The notes under the pieces are model-generated. The model saw only the letters and a list, made by a program, of their open reading frames with translations, was not told the origin of the DNA and did not search any database. From Podarcis gaigeae (taxonomy: Eukaryota): a DNA stretch of 64,000 nucleotides. This document shows, one piece after another, positions 23,384 through 36,700 of the stretch; position 1 is the stretch's first letter, and each line of letters begins with the position of its first letter. The DNA lies in the NCBI GenBank assembly GCA_964106915.2, contig OZ066925.1. One strand, 5' to 3'. The translations under genes and the position numbers were made by a program.

Positions 23384-24189
23384 CACAGGTCTTGCCACTG
23401 GTTGAAGATAGGCCTTGGACCTTTGTATCTGGACATGATTTAATAGAAGCAGAAAGAAGGAGGGGGCGGGTTGCCTATGGAATGTTGAGGACTCAGAAGT
23501 GCCTGTTACAGTCATCTCAAAGTCTGCAACGAGAAGAGCTTGGAAGCTAAGCAACTTCACATTCTTTTGCTAGAGTTTAACAGAGGTCATGCAAAGCAAC
23601 CAAACTTCAGGCGTCCTCCTCTTTTTGGAGATCAGCCTCTTTGGATGTGTGTGTGCACGCACACACACACACACGCACACAAACCCCTACCTAAATATGT
23701 GCACATGAAGCTGTATGCATGTATGCATTTGCATATCTATCTTTTGNNNNNNNNNNNNNNNNNNNNNNNNNNNNNNNNNNNNNNNNNNNNNNNNNNNNNN
23801 NNNNNNNNNNNNNNNNNNNNNNNNNNNNNNNNNNNNNNNNNNNNNNNNNNNNNNNNNNNNNNNNNNNNNNNNNNNNNNNNNNNNNNNNNNNNNNNNNNNN
23901 NNNNNNNNNNNNNNNNNNNNNNNNNNNNNNNNNNNNNNNNNNNNNNNNNNNNNNNNNNNNNNNNNNNNNNNNNNNNNNGCAATTTTTCTGATCTCAAGCC
24001 ATTGTGTGTGTTTCCAATTTCCAAGTGAAATAGCTGGGGAGTGGGGAATCTAAACCATTCCTGCAAGACTAATGAAACACCTAGAAGTCAAGGATCTGAA
24101 TAACTTCTGCTTAACGGCTTGGTGGATGGGGCTGCCTGTAAGTACATCCGCTCGGTTAATCTCTACTAGCCCTCCTCCTTTTGCCATAC

Positions 24190-24688
24190 CTGAACTGGAG
24201 CCGCTGTTTTTCTGCTTGGTGTTTTGTCGAGACTCTTTCATCCAGGGGAATATTTGCTTGGACATGGTGGGCGAGTTCAAGATGGAGCTCTTGGTGGCGC
24301 TAGGCGGGGCGGAATTAGTGGTGGCATTCTGAGGTGGTGACACAGAGGGGGGTGGAGGTGGTGGAGCTTGCTGGGGGGCTGGAGGCTGCTGCTGAGGCTG
24401 CTCTGAAAGGACCGGGGGCTGGAGAGACTGGCTGGTGATGGTCCTCATACAACTCTCATTGATTTCATTGGCCTTGTGGTGGGACACGGTGGTGGTGCTG
24501 CCGCCGCCGCCGCCTCCGGGGGACTGTAAAGAGCAGGCCGGTCGATGGTACTCCGTTTCCACCAACGAGGAAGAAGGAGGCGGAGGAGGATATTGCTGCT
24601 GACTAGCATTGTAAGCGAAACCATTTGCTCCTTGGTAAGGATAGCCGCCATAGATCGCAGAGCTGTCGTAGTAGGTCGCCTTTTGCAT
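24190..24688 (-). CDS. HOXA3: Homeobox protein Hox-A3, coding exon 1 (spliced product 420 aa)
   Basis: ATG at 24688: [28 protein letters not shown]...[17 protein letters not shown]. Donor TCAG|GTATGG (499 nt, phase 1). Probable 5'UTR acceptor CCCTAG|GT, exon starting at 24805. Confidence 0.97.
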
Positions 24689-24744
24689 TTCGTTGTTTCC
24701 CAATATTTATTTCACAAACTGACAGGGTCTTGACACCCTTAAAG

Positions 24745-24790
24745 AATAACATTGGCACCCCTCTGTCACGTGACGTTTTTCCTCCAATGG
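24745..24790 (-). promoter_or_regulatory. HOXA3 proximal CCAAT / E-box / CCAAT module
   Basis: ATTGG 24751-24755, GTCACGTGAC 24765-24774 and CCAAT 24784-24788 form the NF-Y + USF signature typical of Hox proximal promoters/5'UTRs. Confidence 0.65.
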
Positions 24791-27700
24791 CCCGTCCTGG
24801 TAGACCTAGGGTGGAGGGAAAGCACAGGAGAGTGAAGAAATAGTACAAATCCATCTTACTTTCAATAGCTAAGTGACATGAAAGCCATAACAGAAAAAGT
24901 GGTCAGCAATATTTAGCAGCATGACTTGGCCTGGAGGGCGAAGAGAATTTCGATAGTGGCTGGGATTTACTAGGCAGCCGGTACTGTGTGTTTTACTGCT
25001 CCGGGAGAGTGTAGTTNNNNNNNNNNNNNNNNNNNNNNNNNNNNNNNNNNNNNNNNNNNNNNNNNNNNNNNNNNNNNNNNNNNNNNNNNNNNNNNNNNNN
25101 NNNNNNNNNNNNNNNNNNNNNNNNNNNNNNNNNNNNNNNNNNNNNNNTATCAATTCTCAGGAAAGGGACTTCGTAGGTTATTTAAAGGGAGAGTCTCTAG
25201 ATAAGAACGACCAGAGTAAACTTGTGGTCACCGTGGGAAAGTGATATTTTCTCCCCGCCCCACCCCCAAAATAATGAGCAAATTCGTAGCTCTTTCCTCT
25301 TTAGACTATTTTTTTTGCTCCCCCCTCCTTTTTTATTATTAAGCAAACATCATTTTGAATTGCATTTTTTTTTTAAGGAAAAAAGAAAAGGGAAAGCTAG
25401 AAGACCCATAAATAACTGCATCGCATTCCCCGTGAAGGGCTACTCAACGTTCTGGCACTCGAGGGATTCGAACACATGAACTGTTTGCTAGGAAACGTTT
25501 GACAAATGCAACCCATAATGGCCCTCGTGTGATGAAACAGCACAGCGACGAGGGAAACCCTTCTCCTTCGCAGTTTAATAACCAGCCAACTTCCTGCGCA
25601 TAAATTAGCTTTAACTGCTGCGCCTTTAGACAGAGACACAAATCTGGCCTCCAGGATCAAACAGCCTCAACATGTAACCAAACATAATAATCCGAGGCGG
25701 CCTTTCAGATAGACCTGCTTTTGTGGGAAGTTTCCTTCGCACCCTCGGGCCTATACTGTATATTATTTCTGTCCATTGCGTTCCGCGGGAACAGCTAATA
25801 ACTATTTCGGGGGTATATTAGGCACATATGAACTTTTAAAATATTATCATTCAGTATCTTCACTTCCCCCTCCCCCAAACCCCTTCATGTAATATACCCA
25901 AATTCTACCTGCTCAAACATGATGGATTGGGGGAAAGACACACACCAGGAACCTGAAAAACCAGCGTTCATCTCCATGACCACGGATTGAACTTTCCTAC
26001 CAACTTAACGATAATAGGCTCTGTCTTTGGAACTGCTATGTAATTTGATGTATGAGGGTCATTTGGCTGGGAAAAGGAGAATGGACACACAAAACCGCAG
26101 AAGGCTCCTACAACCCAGGCGAACCTTTTTCTGTTCACTCCACAATGTTTACCTGCATGAGTACAACCGAGGTTGGAGTTGGGCTTTCATTCCCAGGAAT
26201 TTTATCTGCCATCTAAGAACTTTTTTTTTTTTTTTAAACAGGCCGGCCAAACCCCGATATCAAAACCCATCTATCCTCACCTTAATAGATTCCCTCTCCC
26301 CAACTTCTTACGAAACACCCTCGGTTCCCTCTTCTCCGCCAAGATGGTCTTGTGCCAAGGCTTATATTCTTGAAGAAAACATTACACAGCACCCTAGGCA
26401 CCCACTCAAATTCATTACATGTGTTAGCATTTCAGTCCACACTCGTTTCCTTAGAAAACAAGGCACATTGTAGAGACAAACTAATTTAATAAACCCCTTA
26501 CAGATGGCAGCTGCCTTTTGATTCTTATTATTATTTAAACAGTAATCAAGTCCTTTCTTAACCCGGCGGTTAAGAGCTAAAAATGTAGGCAATTAACTTT
26601 CTTTGGCTGCAGTTTAGAAACTGTAGCCCCGGAACACAATCCAGCCATAACCTGATTTCCTCCAGTTTGAGAGTGAATCGACTTAAACCTAAAATACCTA
26701 ACAAACAAAAACAAAAAACCTTGATTGTAGATCCTACAGTTGCTATTTGTCTTCTAATCATTTTGCTAATTTCCGGGCTTCCTTTGCAGAGGCCGGTTAT
26801 CTTCTGTGAACCACAAATTAGGTGGTGGGGTCTGTTATGATCGTGGTTCCCGTTTGATCAAATTCATAATATTTCCACGCTGTCCCAGGCATTTAAGTTT
26901 TGTTCTTGCAAGCTTTGGCAGAGAGGCGAGAACCAGCTCAGGAGGAGGAGTGTGAACTCCGGTTGAAATCAGGAGCAAAACTTCCACGAAAGGACTTGGC
27001 TCCGGATCACGTCTTATTCTGTATTATCAATTCAAAGTAAAATGCACCCTTCATATCATTTGCCTATTGCTGCTGATGATGTACAGATGATAGACAAAAG
27101 GAAACTGGCGGGGAGGAACAGGTTACAAGCAAAATTAGGCCGCGCAGAAGTTTGTCACGCAACCCAGTGACTTGGCCAGCAGACTTCATAAAAACTTGAT
27201 TGCTTATCATGGGATCATACGCAGCCCAGTCTTACATAAGCTTACTCCAAAGTAAGTTCCATGGAGTTGCATGGAGTTTACTCTCGCTGCCCTATAGGGC
27301 GACCCAATGTCTATTTAACCGGGAAGTAAGTCCCACTCTATTCGGTTGGACTCCCTTCCCAGAAAGAAATGTGCGCAGGATTGTACTATCTCAGGATCCA
27401 AAAGTGTCCCAAGGGGTGAGCAAGAAGACTAGACCGGCCCTTGCAAATAAAATATCCTCATCAATTAGGACTTTCCTAGCTCCTTAGAAACACTAGGAAG
27501 CTTTGGTGGAAACTTTTGCTTGGTTAGGGAAGTCTCCCTATTGCTTTCCCACCCCACACTCATTTTTTTTAAAACAACAACAACAAAAAACCCTCCTCCC
27601 TTCCACGCCTCGATCCGCAGCTCAGAAAAAGGCGGGTTGCCTGGACATGAGCCGATACAGTCCTGGTTGGAAAGCAGGGAGACTGAACTGGCCTAAAAGT

Positions 27701-27942
27701 TTCAATCCTCCTCAACTGGCTCGTGGAGCGAGCTGCGGCGACCAATCTCGAGCTGTTTCTTTCTCGCGCTCGCGTCTTTTCCCTTCACCCTGCTCAATCC
27801 AGGCGGGCACCCCCTCTCACCCACCTTCCCTTCGCCCCAAGATTTCCTGCCAGATAAAGGGAAAGGGGAGGGGGTGGGCAAGTGGCCTGAACTCGAAGCA
27901 CCAGGGTCTATCCGTCACTGCCTGGAAGGAAGCTCCAGCCTG

Positions 27943-27959
27943 TGAACTCTTCTTGAACC
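27943..27959 (-). promoter_or_regulatory. Paralog-group-3 upstream DR5 RARE
   Basis: GGTTCA agaag AGTTCA, the DR5 I recall as shared upstream of HOXA3/HOXB3. It lies next to TCATAAATCA (Hox/Pbx-type). Confidence 0.85.
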
Positions 27960-30044
27960 GAGATTTAAGTCTCTGGTCATAAATCACCAGGACATAAACT
28001 CCGCCATTCACCACTGATAGCAGTGTATTTGTGGCCTGCTTACCTTAACTTCTGACGACTGAGGCGGAAGCCCGCATTTTGCTCTTTGGAGGCTCGACGA
28101 CAGTCGCTCCCCGCCAGCCCTGGGAGCACGACTCTTCTCCTCAATCCACTGCCCCCCCCACTCCGCCTCGCGAGTCCCCCTCCCCAAGCAAGTCCCCTCA
28201 GCTTCTCCGGGGTGGGTCCCAGCTCAACTCATCTCCACCAGGACGAGCCCACGAGTACAGATGGGAGCAGCCCTGCCTTGCTCAGGAAGAGGGCACGCGC
28301 GCAAGGGGATCTTTCTCCAGCTCGCCTCTGACGGAGAGCCACCCGCCCCTCCTCGCCCCGCGCGAGCCTTTACTTCGCTCCAGCCCCTACCTCCACCTCC
28401 CCACGCTCCTAGGGGCCTGGCCGCGATCGAGAGCCTCCCCAGGCTACCGGAGCCCGGCTTCTCCCACCTTGACCAGATTTTCTACAAGAAAAAAAAAAGC
28501 AGCAGAGATGTTTCTTCTGAAATCTTTGTGCGCCCAAGGGGGCGTTTGTTTGAAGGGGGGGTAAGGCAGCTGCCTCGGGAAGTCCGGGGCAGGCAGGCGA
28601 GCAGAGTGGGGGGTGGGGAGCGGGAAGGGAGGGAGGGCGAAGAAAGAGGGAGGGAGGGAGGGAAGCGCCGGGGCGGCACTGAAGGCCAGGGAAATTATGC
28701 AAATGAAGACAAAGGATGCTCACAAAGGGGTCACCCTCCCTAGACCGGATTGTTGATATATATATATGCGCGCGCGTATTTCCACGTTATATGAAGGTGC
28801 TTATGGTAGATATGGACTCTTTTGGACGTGCAGAAGGGGTCGAAAACCTGGAACTCCTGCAAGGCTCGGATGCTCCCCATTGTAATAAACCAGGAGCCCT
28901 CTGATCTGTCTACCACCCAGGCCAATCTAGACAGCGTTTCAAAGGAACGATTAAAGTAATGACATTTCGGGATGATGAACGGGCGCGCTCACCCGAGATA
29001 GGCAACCGCAGCCAGATGCCCATGTAAGGACGCATCTACACACACACACATGCCCTTCCCCTAGGCTTACATTAACGCGCGCAACTGGATGCGGGATACC
29101 CACGCGACCGTGGTACGCAAACAAGCCGCAAAGATTCAACACCGAGGGGCGATTTCTTTATTTGCCATTGAATCCCGCGCAAATGGGATGCCACTCCCAT
29201 AAAGACTCCGTTCCCAGTTAGAACCGAATTGCTGGCATGTTTGTCTCTGTTCAGATCAATGGAACTGAGACAGGCAAACCTACTCCTAAAGGGTGCTTAG
29301 GTGAAAGCCGATCGAATTGAAATCGACGGGGTTTGCTGGCGAGCAAACATCGTTAGGATCGAACGGGGAAGCTGCGCATCCTTCCGCGGCATAAACATAT
29401 AGGACTCGGGTTCTAAATAATTTGGAGGGGCTCCTAGACTTTCTGAAGCCTAGGTGTGCGTGGAGGACCTCTGTAAATGCGTTCAGAGAGGCCAGCATGA
29501 AAGTCTTTTCATCCATAAAGACACACCGCTCCGTGCGTATTTATAAAAATACGCACACAGACATATGAAATGTTGTGGTTGCATGCTGATGGGCGTGGAT
29601 GTTTGGTTCTGTGAACTTCAGTTCTCTTCCGCCGCCCCCCTCTTAGTCTTTGTCCTAGTCTCCCTTCTCCTAACCATTTCTTTATTCTCTTCCAACCACC
29701 AAACCAAATGTCGCGAGGTTTAGCCAGCAGAATGCTTCTGGGTTCCAAAAACAATACAAAAAACAAAACCAAGCTAGACCTACGGAGAGCATCAAGGCTC
29801 TTCTAAGGCAACACAAAGGAGCCGCTCGGCGCTTCAGACCTTCCGCGGTGCACTCGGATAAAGCCTAGGTGTGAATCTGACATGCCTTCGATAAAACCCA
29901 AGGTGCGAGAAATACAAAGGGCTCCCTTTAAAGCGCAATGTCACCTTAAAGCAGAAACAAAGCAAAAGGAGGGGAAGAAAGAGGATATTTAAACACATGC
30001 ACACACAAGGACTCTAAGGCCAGGGTGGCCTCTTACGCATACCA

Positions 30045-30325
30045 ATGGTTTTTGTCATTTATGGCTAGGCAAGATTTATGACTCCGTGCGCCCAAGCTGT
30101 AAACAGAGCTTCACAACAGAAAACACTTGCTCCTCGTAGCAGATCGCGGCGGCTCTCAACTTGAAAGGGGAAAACTGAGCGGCGTAGGAGGGGCCCCCAA
30201 AAATTCACTGGTAGGCAGTTTTTTTGCTACAAACAACCCCTTGAAAGTTGCGCTGGAAGAGAAAACGCCTCTTTTGGTCAATAATCAACCTCGTACTTTT
30301 CTTCTGAAAACTGCTGATGCTACAC
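30045..30325. promoter_or_regulatory. Hoxa3 r5/r6 enhancer (Kreisler/MafB site + Hox/Pbx + Meis sites)
   Basis: CGTACTTTTCTTCTGAAAACTGCTGATGC (30293-30320) resembles the recalled mouse KrA site. Also TCAATAATCA (30278-30287), and TGTCATTTATGG..AGATTTATGA (30053-30081). About 5.6 kb upstream of the HOXA3 ATG. Confidence 0.65.
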
Positions 30326-31587
30326 TTTTCCTTTTTTTTTTAGCCACCAAAAAAAAAAGAAAAAAAGAAAGCAAGATGCCGGCTAAGAAACTGGGGGAGG
30401 ATTTGCGTGGGGAGCAAGGCGGGTGGCAGAGAGAGAAACCCTCTCCGGAACAAATTACAGAAGACGGCCCGGGTATCCACCGCGCGCGCACCCCACTTGC
30501 CACAAAGGCAGTCTTGGGATTCCCAGCAGCGATGGCGAGGTGGGAGCGCTCTGTCACACTTCGGAAATACTTTAGGATAATTTTGTGGCTAGCAATGTTC
30601 TGATGCAGAGATAACATATTTCACCTTAGAGGTAAATCAGATAAAGGATCTGTGGTTGGAAGCGGGGGTGGATTTCTAACTCCTGAATATTTAAATTAAA
30701 TAGGCTATTTAATTTAATAAGTGAAATTACCCCCCCACTCCGAATTCTGTTCTAGGCTTTGTATCTTTTCTCTATCCAAATTGGTCATTTAAAAATAAAT
30801 AGATCTTACTTTTACTTTATATAGCTGCAGTTGCCTAATGTTCACCCTTCTAAGAAGCCAAGATGTTTGGATTTATGCCATTGGGAGTCAAGCGGCATAA
30901 ATATGTTTCCAGTTAACTGGATTATACTGGGGAATAAATGAATATCTCAGGGTGCCCCTCCCTCCCCTGAAAATCCTTTCTGCAACCTGGGGGTGGGCTG
31001 CTCACCGGAAAAACAAACAAACCACCCAACAGATAGTACACTACATTTTGAACCAGGAGCTGAAGTTTGTAAACGAAGATTTCCTCTTCTCTGGGTAGAA
31101 AATCCAGGGGAGTTTCGTCGATCATTTCGGCAAATAGCCCAAAGATTTCGGAATGCATTGTGAAAGAATTTATATATATATATATATAAATATATATATT
31201 TCCTGGGAAGAGAAAATTATTCAGAACTCCGGAATAACTATACTGCAAGAAGGCACCGAGAAGAACTACTCAACTGATTTAATTGCAGGGAGAGAGGCTT
31301 GTTTGGTACACAGTCTTGATAAAATGCAAATCTGAGACGCTTAATACGCCGAACCTCAGCTTGGTTACTTGGAAGTAAGTACCATTGGCTTTTTATGGCA
31401 TTTGCTTCCCGGTAAGGGTGTTTAGGATCTCAATCCCAGAAGTGTATCGCTTCCAACCTTAGACATAAGAAGCCTCTTTGGTCTCTTATCACTGTTTATC
31501 TTATCAAACCCCATATAACCGCTATTGACACTTCGTTTTGTATTTACTCAGCATATATACTGAGGGTTTTAACCGGAATCATTGTTG

Positions 31588-31619
<32 letters not shown>

Positions 31620-33667
31620 TACTTACTTTCCAACACTTGTGCACGAAAGCCCTTTATAATATCAGTTTCAGCACTCCTATTATTTATGACTCTTTTATCT
31701 GGGTCAAAATGCACCAAAACTAGGTCATAAATCATAAGAAACCGTGACAAAGTAATTGAGCCACAATTAAAACTTACATTTTATTTATTTATTTTCCCAA
31801 AGAGGTTTCGGCCTATTTGAAATTTAATTCCCCTCCCCCCTTCCCACAAAGAAAAAAAAAGTTCCCCCACCTCTTTCATATATATCTGAAAGAGTGTATA
31901 TAGGTGCATATGTGTAAAGAGATGTCTGGGCAATTTGGATCAGCTTACTTTTCATTTATTAATTTAGGATCTGGTCGGTGAACAGATCAGGGAAGGGGGG
32001 GAAATATACAATATCCGCAAGACCCATTCTAGAATTAAACAACCATCATGTTTTAGATAAGGGTTTTTTATTCATAATAGAAGAAGAAGAAGAAGCTTTT
32101 GCTCCTTAACCCCCAATTCTAAAATCTAACCCTGAATTGAATAATTGCAACTGGGCATTAAGAAGGGAGAGGGAGGAGGCGCAGCAGCGTGTAGGCGAGC
32201 GCTCTGCCCCTAGCCCACTGGCAACATAAATCAAAAGTCAGCACTCTGACCTTTAGCAATGCTGGGACTCAGTGGTGGATGTAATTTTATATAACATTTG
32301 TCCCCTTGTATAACACAAGCAGTGCTTTCATTCCCCCTCCCCCTTATTTGCGGTGCATCTCCCTCCATAAAACTGAATGAATAGCTGGTTAAGACTTGGT
32401 GAGAGGTAAAGGAAATCTAACTGCGAATGTAAAGCTTTTGGAGAGAAAAATAGGTTCAAGCGCCCTCTTTTCCTTTCCAGATCCTTGCTCAATCCAACCA
32501 CAGCTCCCCGCTCCAATATTACCATTGATTATTATGGGGTATGGATGGATGCTTTTATTCCATTCTCACAGGGAGAGAAGACAGGGAAACAGCTTGGAAA
32601 TTGAGCAGGGAGAGCAGGAAAACCGCCTGGTTTCTTTCTCCTGGAATGGTGAAGATCCCACCAGTCGCGCGTTAAGTGGGCCGCCAGTCAACAAAATACC
32701 AGTAAGCGGCATAAATAAAATGGTAACTGAATTGCATACTCATCGATTTNNNNNNNNNNNNNNNNNNNNNNNNNNNNNNNNNNNNNNNNNNNNNNNNNNN
32801 NNNNNNNNNNNNNNNNNNNNNNNNNNNNNNNNNNNNNNNNNNNNNNNNNNNNNNNNNNNNNNNNNNNNNNNNNNNNNNNNNNNNNNNNNNNNNNNNNNNG
32901 CGTGACGCTTCCCAAAACACACTTAAATCAGCATCAGAGGTATATAATAAACAGGACAAGCAAAAGCCTTGACTCTGTCCTCTCCTGCTTCTGTTGGGCG
33001 ATTTAAATAACAACGGCCACTAAAGCATCCAGACCACAACAAAAAGCCACAACAAAGCCCAGCCACAAGAACACGCAGAAATCCAAAACCTTAGTGGGGG
33101 GGGGGGGGCAAATATTCTCTGATCTGTTTGCGGCAAAGCTCTCTCTCTCGCCCCCCTTCCACAAGCCCAGGGAAACAAAGGGGGAAACGAGGCTTGCCTG
33201 GTGTCCATATACACCCTTAAGCTTTTTCTCCTGACCTTTGCCTCGCCCAGCCATAAGTCACCCACGGTAAAGGAACAATCGGCGGAAATACCTTAAAATA
33301 AAATCCATCCTCTCTTTTTTTTTAAGCGAAGCATCGCGTCCTAACAGTCCGGCGATAACCTTTCCATACGGACCGAGCGCCGTAGCCCAAGTGGAAGCTC
33401 TCTCTCCGGAATACATTTTCTGTAACTGAGAGGTTTCTAGAGCTTCATGTCTAACACCCAGTAATAAAAACCATGAGCAGGATATTCCAACCTGGTCTGC
33501 AGAGAGGGAAGACAGGAGTAGCCTCAAAGGCACACAAACTAACAAATAAACAATTGCGGGTAGGCTTTTGACTGCTCACCATAAGCAAATCAGAACCATG
33601 CATTCTTCATATAATGGTTGCTCTTTGCAAATTTGCATAGATCATCCCATCCCTAGCTTGTGTTTCT

Positions 33668-33719
33668 TTCTCTCTCTCTCTCTCTCTCTCAGTGTGTGTG
33701 TGTGTGTGTGTGTGTGTGT
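33668..33719. repeat. (TC)n(GT)n compound microsatellite
   Basis: Directly visible. Confidence 0.9.
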
Positions 33720-36700
33720 TTCTCCTCTTTTCTTTTCTGTTTCTTCTCTCACCCCTCCTTACGCTTTAGCCAAGAAAGGGGGGCACAGATTATCTATTAT
33801 TTTTTTATCCCACTCCTCCCACGAATATTTTTCTATATACGTTTCAGACGGAAGATAGGAAGAATCAACAAATCCCCCCCCTCTCTCATGTGATTACCCA
33901 TAACTTTTTGAGGCTAACCAACTGGCCTCGTTCTGAAGGAGAAACTCTCCGCTGACCCTTAGAGGAAAAAGGGCAGCTGGCTCCATCCGAGATGAACTTC
34001 TGCCACTATTTCCATAAGGAAAAGCCCTTCTGTATTAAAGGGGGGGGATATCCGCCATCCCACGGGCTCCTCTGTACTTCTATTGAATGGAGCTTGCTGA
34101 ACACCCACGTTACAGCAGAGCCCTTGTAGGAACCCCAAAGACCCGTAATTACCTGACAAAAGGCCCAAGGATCCTCTGGTATAGAGTTGGTGGGCTTCTA
34201 TACTTGTTAACACCCTAGGAGGACGACGACGAGGAGGAGGAGGAAGGCGTCTGCTGGCTCTGTGGTGGATCTACATTTTGCAAACTCTGTTGGGACCTTC
34301 TCTTTCAACCTGCGCTTACGCATTTCCTATGCAAGTACTTGAGTGATGTACAAAATTATAGGGTTCTGGAACGATGAAATATTTAGCGCGGAATAATGAT
34401 CTAACTGTCCGGAGAGGGAGGGTTTAAAAAAAAAGAAAAAGCAAGCAAGAATTGGCGGGGGGGGGGGGAGAGATCTCACACAGGTCCCTGGAGTGAGCCT
34501 CAGAAATGAATTAATCTTTCATTTGTATGCAGATCTAAAAGCTCTCTTTTTCTTTCTGTTCAGTTTCCACAAGCTGCATAGTGCTCTAACAAAGTGACCA
34601 TGTCTTACAAGGCAAACGTCGTTTCTACCTTAAACGCACTATGGGCCCACTTTGCCGATGGTGGTTCTGAATTTCTTGCCCGGTTTCCTATGTAACATCC
34701 CTCTCAGCTGTTCCTCCAACCAACTCTACAGCAAGTTTCACTGTATTCCATTTCTTTCATCACTTGCATTAGGGCTCGGGGCGGGGAGAGAACCCCATTT
34801 ACTATGTGTGAGCAGATGAAATGTATCGTCTGCCAGCCTTCTGATCAAATTATGAGCCGTCCTCTTCCTTTGACTGCAACTTAACTTTTAAGAGGTTGGT
34901 GGATTTAACCACACTAGTAACCTTCATCTTCTTCCACAACCGTGTTAAGTGGAAATGCGGGGATTTCTGCGCTCACACAAAAAGCTCCCCTTGTCACCCA
35001 GAAGCTCTCTAGGCTCAGAGTTTTCATAAGCTCAGAATTCCTCTGAAAGCAACTTTCTTTCTTTCTTCCCTCTGAACTCAGTGGCAGAATGCCCAAAGAT
35101 ATATTACTTCGAAGCTACCTTTATACATTTTCCTTCCCGGAACATAGCCTTTAATGGAACCAAATTACACCGCTTGATAGGACTAGAACCTGCAGAGCTT
35201 AGGACACAAGCAACCTTAAAAAAGAAAGTGAGGGCAGTATTCGAGGGAAACTTGTAGAATAGTCGTAGGCACGTCCATCACTAATAGTTCCACTGACAAA
35301 TGCTAAACTTTAAACAGGGAGTACCCTTATCCAAGAGATGGATTCCTAGGCATTTAAACTAAAGTGCCTTCAGCGCAGTGAAAAGAGGCCTTCAGAAGTT
35401 CTTCAGCAACAATGCAGCCAAAATTAATGGATAATGGAGCAGATGGGGGAGGGAAGCACAGCAAATCTTCCTGAATCTCGAGTAAAACGTTATCGACTGC
35501 TTTAAGTCAGAAGCAGAAAGATGACTTTACCAAATAGAAACTACAAAGCCATAAATCATAACTGTGGGGTGCAGATATAACTTACACGCCTTAACGCCAT
35601 CTATGAGTACACCCTTTCCCTTTCCTTTCCTTATTTTTTAAAAAGGAAAGGGCCCTTTGCTATGTAGGTCTGTATTAGTTTTAACGATCAAGTTAATGTG
35701 AAATCTGCCGTTGAACTATTAACTCCGGTGCGTATTGCATGGATAGTGAATATGCGGGGTGTTTTTTTTCTCCTAAAGAAAAGTAACTTCTTGGTGATTT
35801 ATGAGGAGCTAATTCTTCAGGCTGTGCTTTATAGGAGACAAGCTTGCTTCACTGGAGTCCTGGTAACTCTGCTTATTATTTCTCCTTTTCAAAACAAAAT
35901 CCCACCAAAAAGCTGACCTGGAATTCTTTTACTTGGGTCGAACTTCAGAGATCTTGAATTTTGAGAAATACAAATGCGAATGGACAGGAAGGCAGCAGCC
36001 TCGCCACCCATTTCGCCTTCCTCGCGGAGGTTCTCCGTTGCCTTCATCTGTTACTTCGAGGACTGGGAAATCTGAAGGCTTTGGGGAGAGCTAAAAACGC
36101 TACATTTCATTTTAGGGAACAGGGCTAGGCTGCCCCGCCTCTTTCTGCACACATAGCAGTGGAATGCATGCGGAAGAAAGAAGGCGCGGAGCAGAGGTGA
36201 GGTCGAGATCCAAGACAATTACTTGGAGGGAGAGAGCGAGAGCGCTGAAATCAATGGACGTCGTTTTTCAAATGATTGGTTAGCATCCAAGTGCAACTAA
36301 GCTGTAAAGTCTCCACGAATCTGAAAGCTGCAAGGCTTAAGCGTATTTACTCAGAGGTAAGTCCTATTGATTTCAGTGGGACTTTCTGCCAAGTAAATAT
36401 ACTGAGCAGAGAATCCTCCGAAGAAAGTGGGACTTCCCTTCCGCTATCCAAGCTTAGATTAAATAAAACGATGTGTGCTTTTTGCTTTAGATGAATCGAG
36501 TTTTGGGCTTAGTTTAAAGTTCCGTTCCGCAATACGCCTCATTCAAAACGAATGCTGATGATTAACGTTAACCTTAAAATGTTGTGTACACGGAGAAGAA
36601 ACCGAGTGAACTTCTCTGAATATTTTATGTCACGTTTATGTCTAAAAATGCAAAGCAAGGTAATCAGAACTAGGAAATGACGTTCTCATAGAGACTCTGT

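Noticed and set aside
32929-32956. The - strand translates to CLLYTSDAD next to an N-run, like the Nextera/Tn5 adapter peptide CLLYTSDAAD
   Set aside because: The DNA is CTGTTTATTATATACCTCTGATGCTG versus adapter CTGTCTCTTATACACATCTGACGCTG, 5 mismatches in 26. Adapter contamination would be exact, so this is treated as coincidence.
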